NCBI GenBank assembly: GCA_963977445.1
Contig: CAXBPH010000229.1
Location: 1 to 11,175 of the forward strand
Reading direction: 5' to 3'
Length of the DNA stretch: 11,175 nucleotides
Origin: an uncultured bacterium
GTDB lineage: Bacteria; Hydrogenedentota; Hydrogenedentia; Hydrogenedentales; JAEUWI01
Shown here: positions 6,325-11,175 of the stretch, one piece after another
How the letters are laid out: each line of letters begins with the position of its first letter
How positions within the stretch are numbered: the first letter of the stretch is position 1
Notes under the pieces: model-generated
Database searches by the model: none
Seen by the model: only the letters and a program-made list of their open reading frames with translations
What the model was told of the DNA's origin: nothing
Program-made: the position numbers and the translations under genes

Positions 6325-7731
6325 GTGAGTGAACTGAGTTTTCTGGACGGTGTAAACAAATACTATGATCTGGCGGAACAAACCCTCGATCTTCCGCCCG
6401 GCCTGGGCGCGAAAATTAAGGCGTGCAACTCCGTTTTCATGGTCCGCTTTCCCATTGGCTTTCGCGATGGGTTTCAGGTATTCACTGGATGGCGTGTCGT
6501 CCATAGTGAACATTACCTCCCCGTCAAGGGCGGTATTCGCTATTCGCCCGAAGTCGATCAGGACGAAGTGGAAGCCCTCGCGGCCCTCATGTCCTACAAG
6601 TGCGCCATCGTCGACGTTCCTTTTGGTGGCGCCAAGGGTGCGTTGCGCATTAATCCCAATGATTACGATGACAATGCCATGGAACGCATTACCCGACGTT
6701 TTGCACGGGAACTCGCCAACAAGGGCTATATCAGCCCCAGCCTGAATGTGCCGGCACCCGACATGGGCACGGGCGAACGGGAAATGGCCTGGATGGCAGA
6801 CGAATATCGTCGAATGAATCCCACGGACATCAATGCCATGGCCTGCGTCACCGGAAAACCCGTCAATCAGGGCGGTATACTCGGACGGAGCGAAGCCACC
6901 GGGCGGGGCGTTCAATTGGGACTTCGTGAATTCTTCCGCCACAGTGAGGATGTAAAGGATGCCGGACTCACCGGCAGCCTCGCAGGCAAACGCATCATTA
7001 TCCAGGGCCTGGGAAAGGTAGGCTACCCGGCCGCCAAGTTTCTGCAGGAAGAGGACGATGCAATCATCACCGCTATCCTGGAATACAACGGTGCTCTTAT
7101 TAACCCAAAGGGCATTAATGTAGAGGCCGCGAAAAAATGGCAACTGGAACACAAGACCTTTGAAGGATTCCCGGGGGCAACCTTTGTTCCCGAAAGTATG
7201 CCCTTGCTCGAAGGCGAGTGCGACATACTTATCCCTGCGGCCATGGAAGGTCAGATCACCAGCGAGAACGCTCCTCGAATCAAGGCAGCCATCGTGGCGG
7301 AAGCCGCGAACGGACCGGTCACCTACGGCGGTCACCAGATTCTGAGTGAAAAAGGTATCGTCATCATCCCGGATATCTATCTCAATGCCGGTGGTGTGGT
7401 GGTCTCCTATTTCGAATGGATTAAGAACCTCTCCCACATCCGCCTCGGTCGCCTGGGACGGCGGGCCGACGAAGCACGTGGTGATCATATCGTAACGGCC
7501 CTGGAAACCATGTCAGGAAAGTCGGTTCCCGATGAACTGGCCCGGCGGATTCGTCGCGGTGCCAGCGAGTTGGATCTCGTACGCTCCGGTCTGGATGACA
7601 CCATGCGCGAAGCCTATCAACATCTCCGTGAAGTCTATCGGACTCGGAAAGATATTCCCGACTTGCGTACGGCTGCGTTTGCTATCGCCATCGAGAAAAT
7701 ATCGCGGGCCAATATCATGATGGGCGTGTAG
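6325..7731 (+). CDS. gdhA: Glutamate dehydrogenase (Glu/Leu/Phe/Val dehydrogenase family)
   Basis: Motifs PVKGGIRY, MSYKCA, PFGGAKG (catalytic Lys), VPAPDMGT, VTGKP, GRSEATGRG, IQGLGKVG, EAANGP, PDIYLNAGGVVVSYFEW. RBS and promoter present. Confidence 0.97.
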   Translation: MSELSFLDGVNKYYDLAEQTLDLPPGLGAKIKACNSVFMVRFPIGFRDGFQVFTGWRVVHSEHYLPVKGGIRYSPEVDQDEVEALAALMSYKCAIVDVPFGGAKGALRINPNDYDDNAMERITRRFARELANKGYISPSLNVPAPDMGTGEREMAWMADEYRRMNPTDINAMACVTGKPVNQGGILGRSEATGRGVQLGLREFFRHSEDVKDAGLTGSLAGKRIIIQGLGKVGYPAAKFLQEEDDAIITAILEYNGALINPKGINVEAAKKWQLEHKTFEGFPGATFVPESMPLLEGECDILIPAAMEGQITSENAPRIKAAIVAEAANGPVTYGGHQILSEKGIVIIPDIYLNAGGVVVSYFEWIKNLSHIRLGRLGRRADEARGDHIVTALETMSGKSVPDELARRIRRGASELDLVRSGLDDTMREAYQHLREVYRTRKDIPDLRTAAFAIAIEKISRANIMMGV

Positions 7732-7791
7732 CAGTCAGACTCCGAAGCTGTCACCACCGCTGCACGGTCCAAGAGATCCCCCCCCTTCCTA

Positions 7792-7826
7792 CACGGGCAA
7801 GTCCCTGCAGACTTGCCCGTGACACC
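7792..7826. repeat. REP-like perfect hairpin downstream of gdhA (may act as a transcript stabiliser or terminator)
   Basis: CACGGGCAAGTC-CCTGCA-GACTTGCCCGTG (7792-7821): 12 bp perfect stem, 6 nt loop, followed by ACACC and no immediate U tract. Confidence 0.65.
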
Positions 7827-7980
7827 TTTAGTTCGGCTTTTGCATGTCACTGTTGCCTCTATCGCTATGTTGTTTGCGCCGAACGGTAAGAAGGCTTGTA
7901 GCTACCGTCTTTGGAGATGGTGCGGCACACAGAACGTCTTGCCCCCACCGCCCCTTACGCACAAACCGCTCATGGAAACA

Positions 7981-7989
7981 TGCTAATAT
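7981..7989 (+). promoter_or_regulatory. Possible extended -10 promoter for cinA
   Basis: TG-C-TAATAT 36 bp upstream of ATG 8026, with GGAG at 8012-8015. No convincing -35. Confidence 0.35.
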
Positions 7990-8025
7990 ATGGCCTTCGT
8001 AACTGTATGACGGAGTAGACACCCC

Positions 8026-9189
8026 ATGAATGCCGAATTATTGATGATTGGCAGCGAATTGCTGCTGGGACAGATCCAGGATACCAATTCCACCTATATC
8101 GCCCAGATATTGGCGGAGCACGGTATCGGCTGCTATCAAAAGACGACGATTGGCGACAACAAGTCACGCATCATGGCCGCACTCAGTGATGGCCTTGATC
8201 GCAGTGACGTCATCTTATGTAGTGGTGGTCTGGGCCCGACGGAAGACGATATCACGCGCGAGTGCATTGGTGAACTGCTTGGGCTCCCGCTGGAATATCG
8301 GCCGGAGCTGTTTGAAGCCATCCTGACCCGTTTCTCCAAAATAAAACGTACCGTAACCGAAAATAACAAGAAGCAGGCCACCTTGCCGCAGGGTGCCATC
8401 GCCATCGCAAATCCAAACGGAACCGCCCCTGGCGTACTTGTTGAAAGTAATCGGGGCGTAATAATTTGCATGCCCGGCGTGCCCCACGAATTAAAGGCCA
8501 TGCTCCACGACAGTGTGTTGCCCTATCTGAAATCAAAGTTCTCCATATCCGGCACCGTGATTTCACGGGTACTCAAAGTTTGTGCCATGGGCGAATCGGC
8601 CGTTGATCACGCCATCGGAGACCTCATGAACGCCGCCACCAATCCCACCATTGGATTGTTGGCCTCCCCCGAGTTTGTTCGTATTCGAATCACCGCCAAG
8701 GCGGAAAACGAAACACACGCACGGGCGCTGATCGATCCTGTCGCAGCACAGATCAACGAGCGGCTACCCGAATGCATTATGGGGGAAGAGGACGATGTGC
8801 TCGAAGCGAAGGTAGCGGCCCTGCTTCGCAAACAGGGTTTCCGATTGAGCACCCTGGAAACCGTCAGCGGTGGCCTCGTCGCGCAGCGATTGATGCAGGC
8901 CGACCCCGAAGTACTTGTCGAAGGCAGAATTTTACCCGTCGGCAGCGACCAATCGGACCCACAAACTGATCTTGACACGACTCGGAAACAAATGATAGAC
9001 TTCGGAGCTAACTGCACACTTCATTGTCTGAGTTCCTCTGACAACGACGTGGCAATGGTGGTTTTTGTCACCCCCCAGAAGCGATATACTTGGGAAATCG
9101 CTCTTCTGGGACGTGGACCCCGCGCGCAAATTCGTTTGGCCGTGGGCATACTTGAGTCAATGCGACGCGAGTTAATGAAACACCAATAG
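8026..9189 (+). CDS. cinA: Competence/damage-inducible protein CinA family (MocF-like domain intact, C-terminal PncC domain degenerate)
   Basis: AELLMIGSELLLGQIQDTN, TIGDN, SGGLGPTEDDITRE, NNKKQA, NPNGTAPG, MPGVPHELKAM and MGESAV are canonical CinA motifs. Confidence 0.93.
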   Translation: MNAELLMIGSELLLGQIQDTNSTYIAQILAEHGIGCYQKTTIGDNKSRIMAALSDGLDRSDVILCSGGLGPTEDDITRECIGELLGLPLEYRPELFEAILTRFSKIKRTVTENNKKQATLPQGAIAIANPNGTAPGVLVESNRGVIICMPGVPHELKAMLHDSVLPYLKSKFSISGTVISRVLKVCAMGESAVDHAIGDLMNAATNPTIGLLASPEFVRIRITAKAENETHARALIDPVAAQINERLPECIMGEEDDVLEAKVAALLRKQGFRLSTLETVSGGLVAQRLMQADPEVLVEGRILPVGSDQSDPQTDLDTTRKQMIDFGANCTLHCLSSSDNDVAMVVFVTPQKRYTWEIALLGRGPRAQIRLAVGILESMRRELMKHQ

Positions 9190-9381
9190 ACCATTTCATT
9201 CGAAAAATGACTGGGCGATGCCGTCTACTTGATTTAGCTGTGTTCAAGACGGCCCTGTGAGTGCAACCAGTGCGCTCCCAGCTACACCAATGTTGTAATG
9301 CGCCCCCTGTTTCAGCCGACGTTTCGACCAGAGAATACTGCCCAATGCAGCCCGGTCGAGCAAGCGGAGTGACCAGAAGCT

Positions 9382-9735
9382 ATGTTCGAACTAATTGCCC
9401 TGATGATACTATCGCAGCAACCGCTGCAACCAGTGGCCGAGGGCGTGGCATCGTACTATACGGTGGCCAGTAGTAGTGCCCTTACGGCGTCAGGCGAACC
9501 CCTGCGCGACGACCTGCTCACGTGTGCGATGTTGGATGGCGAATTTGGCCATTACTACCTCGTGCTGGGTGAAAACGGGAATTCCGTCGTTTGCAAGCTG
9601 AACGACCGGGGCCCCTTTGCCAAGAATCGGGTTATCGACCTCTCCCTGGCCGCCATGCGCCGCCTTGACGGAGAAGCGGGCTTGGTTAAGGTGCAAATAT
9701 TCCACCTGGGACCCAATCCCCCGCCCTTTGACTAA
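9382..9735 (+). CDS. rlpA: RlpA-like double-psi beta-barrel protein (septal ring lytic transglycosylase family), no SPOR domain
   Basis: GVASYY, TASGE, VVCKLNDRGPF and RVIDLSLAA motifs. GGAG at 9366-9369. Confidence 0.85.
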   Translation: MFELIALMILSQQPLQPVAEGVASYYTVASSSALTASGEPLRDDLLTCAMLDGEFGHYYLVLGENGNSVVCKLNDRGPFAKNRVIDLSLAAMRRLDGEAGLVKVQIFHLGPNPPPFD

Positions 9736-9754
9736 GTCCACACGCCGGTAGACC

Positions 9755-9783
9755 TTGCACCGGATTCCTCCTTTCGATACACT
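9755..9783 (+). promoter_or_regulatory. Sigma70-type promoter for the 9843 gene
   Basis: TTGCAC (9755-9760), 17 bp spacer, TACACT (9778-9783). AGGAGG RBS at 9828-9833. Confidence 0.65.
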
Positions 9784-9790
9784 CGTTCCA

Positions 9791-9810
9791 TGTAAACATA
9801 TTCTGTTACA
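9791..9810. promoter_or_regulatory. Candidate operator TGTAA-N10-TTACA
   Basis: TGTAAACATATTCTGTTACA lies immediately downstream of the predicted transcription start. Confidence 0.4.
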
Positions 9811-9842
9811 GGACCCGTGTAATTACCAGGAGGAATTTTCCT

Positions 9843-10523
9843 TTGCGCTGCTCACTGATTGACGTAGTCATCCTTGGAACAACGATTGCACCGTTGGTCA
9901 ACGCCGAATCAACGGCGGAAAAAGCACCCGCCCTTCCCCTACTCTTTGAGGCCGATTTTTCCGGCGACCTCACGGCGTGGACCATGACCGATTCCAACGC
10001 CTGGAAAATCGTGGAAGATGAGGGAGACGCTCGCCTGTCTCTATTCGGCAAGAGTGACTACGATGCGGAAGTGCGTTCGCCCCACAATATTGCCCGGGTC
10101 AAAGATGTCGATGTGACGGATTTCGTTCTCGATGTGGATGGCAAACAAACCGGTCGTGAATATGGCCACCGGGACCTCTGCTTTTTCTTCGGCTACCAGG
10201 ACCCCACCCATTTTTACTATGTCCACCTGGCGACCACGGCCGACGATCATGCCAACTCTATTTTTCTGGTAAATGGCGCGCCCCGTGTGAGCATCGCGCA
10301 GAAGCGTACCAATGGCACCGACTGGACACAAGGTTTCCATCACATTCGTATTGAGCGAAATACGGAGAGCGGAACGATCAAGGTGTACTTCAATAATATG
10401 GAGGAGCCCGTTATGGAAACCGTCGACAAGACTTTTCTCCATGGCACTATCGGTGTGGGCTCTTTCGACGATACGGGCAACTTCGATAATTTCAAAATCC
10501 ATGGTGTAGCGACAAAAGAGTGA
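9843..10523 (+). CDS. Secreted beta-sandwich protein, DUF1080 / concanavalin A-like fold (3-keto-glycoside hydrolase-like)
   Basis: TTG start 9 nt after AGGAGG and a signal-like N-terminus. Pattern LLFEADF...W...WKIVE, DFVLDVD, FFFGYQD...YYVHL, FHHIRIER...IKVYFN, GTIGVGS...FDNFKI resembles DUF1080-type jellyrolls. The CDS is well supported, the product is tentative. Confidence 0.75.
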   Translation: MRCSLIDVVILGTTIAPLVNAESTAEKAPALPLLFEADFSGDLTAWTMTDSNAWKIVEDEGDARLSLFGKSDYDAEVRSPHNIARVKDVDVTDFVLDVDGKQTGREYGHRDLCFFFGYQDPTHFYYVHLATTADDHANSIFLVNGAPRVSIAQKRTNGTDWTQGFHHIRIERNTESGTIKVYFNNMEEPVMETVDKTFLHGTIGVGSFDDTGNFDNFKIHGVATKE

Positions 10524-11175
10524 CCCACTCTCCCGGGGACAATCGCGCCTATCACGGCGAGACAGATGGCCCACCAGATTATGGTGCCCTCCTTCCGCAA
10601 TTCGTGAATCGAATTCTTCTTTCGGGATCGTGCCTGTGCAAGGTTGCCCCGTCTCTCGTGGAGCGCCCCCAGTTTTCTGTATACGGATACGCCTCCCTGG
10701 CGGACTCCGAAGATTTTTCTACCCTCGGTCTCGAGGCGGTGCTGGACACCGCCCTCGAGACCTTTCCATTACCACCCGATTACCTCGACGCGGCCCTGTA
10801 TATTTCCCCCGCCGACGACATCGATTCCCTCTTCGGCCTCTTTGCTCCGGTACTCCCCGCATTAAACGCAAACGGCGTCATAATGGGCTGTATCGCCGCG
10901 ATTACAGAACACGATCTGGAAGAGGCCCTCATCGCCAATGATTGGCAGTTGCACCAGTACTGGTTGGTGGAAGGGGGAAAGGTCGTCATATTCACGGCGC
11001 GGCGAGCAGGCTACGATCCCCGAGAACAGGCCCGGCAACTCTTCGCCCAGGGCCGCCCCGATCTTGCGCACGACACGCTCTATTTTCTACCCGATCGCTA
11101 TGTCCCCGACGTGACATCACACGTGGCCGTAGCCCTCGATTCGCTCACCTATCTTGCCGCCATCCCCCAGTCTCT
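10520..11175 (+). CDS. Hypothetical protein, 5' part only, with a possible degenerate SAM-methyltransferase-like N-terminal domain
   Basis: Frame is open from GTG 10520 (GTGA overlap with the upstream stop) to the window end: MTHSPGDNRAYHGETDGPPDYGALLPQFVNRILLSGSCLCK...FPLPPDYLDAALYI...VLPALNANGVIMG...AGYDPREQARQLFAQGRPDLAHDTLY...AAIPQS. Not in the ORF track. Alternative start GTG 10604. Confidence 0.75.
   Translation, partial: MTHSPGDNRAYHGETDGPPDYGALLPQFVNRILLSGSCLCKVAPSLVERPQFSVYGYASLADSEDFSTLGLEAVLDTALETFPLPPDYLDAALYISPADDIDSLFGLFAPVLPALNANGVIMGCIAAITEHDLEEALIANDWQLHQYWLVEGGKVVIFTARRAGYDPREQARQLFAQGRPDLAHDTLYFLPDRYVPDVTSHVAVALDSLTYLAAIPQS

Noticed and set aside
6274..7488. 404 aa antisense ORF opposite gdhA
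   Set aside because: It is the codon-aligned antisense shadow of a conserved gene with GC-biased codons and has no recognisable motifs.
1..7731. Amidase, monooxygenase and GDH as a single amine/nitrogen-scavenging pathway
   Set aside because: The theme is attractive, but the genes have separate predicted promoters, no shared operator was found, and an unrelated large gene intervenes. Conserved synteny would be needed to support it.
1437..9288. TTCGAAAAA(A)TGAC and GCTACACC occurring in both the ~1440-1500 and ~9200-9290 spacers
   Set aside because: The matches are short and partly low-complexity with different spacing, so they cannot be separated from chance without statistics.
10630..11071. 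Track ORFs 10630..10941, 10644..10865, 10780..10995 and 10862..11071
   Set aside because: Several have atypical Arg/Pro-rich composition. The frame open from 10520 to the window end explains the region better.

Overview
An 11.2 kb bacterial window of moderately high GC with mostly metabolic genes. There is no integrase, transposase, CRISPR array, rRNA or tRNA. Minus strand: an acetamidase/formamidase-family gene running off the left edge (missing from the ORF track), a ~1000 aa secreted LamG plus putative glycoside-hydrolase-like protein, and a flavin-containing monooxygenase. Plus strand: glutamate dehydrogenase with an animal-type antenna-like insert, CinA with a degenerate C-terminal domain, a minimal RlpA-like protein, a secreted DUF1080-like protein, and a coupled ORF running off the right edge (also missing from the track). 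The intergenic DNA is structured, with several good sigma70 promoters, two candidate operators and several REP-like elements, clustered in 1116-1717. I do not see a clear new multi-gene system. The best leads are the large putative carbohydrate-active enzyme, the antenna-bearing GDH and the repeat-rich spacer. All family assignments come from motif recognition by eye, not from database searches.
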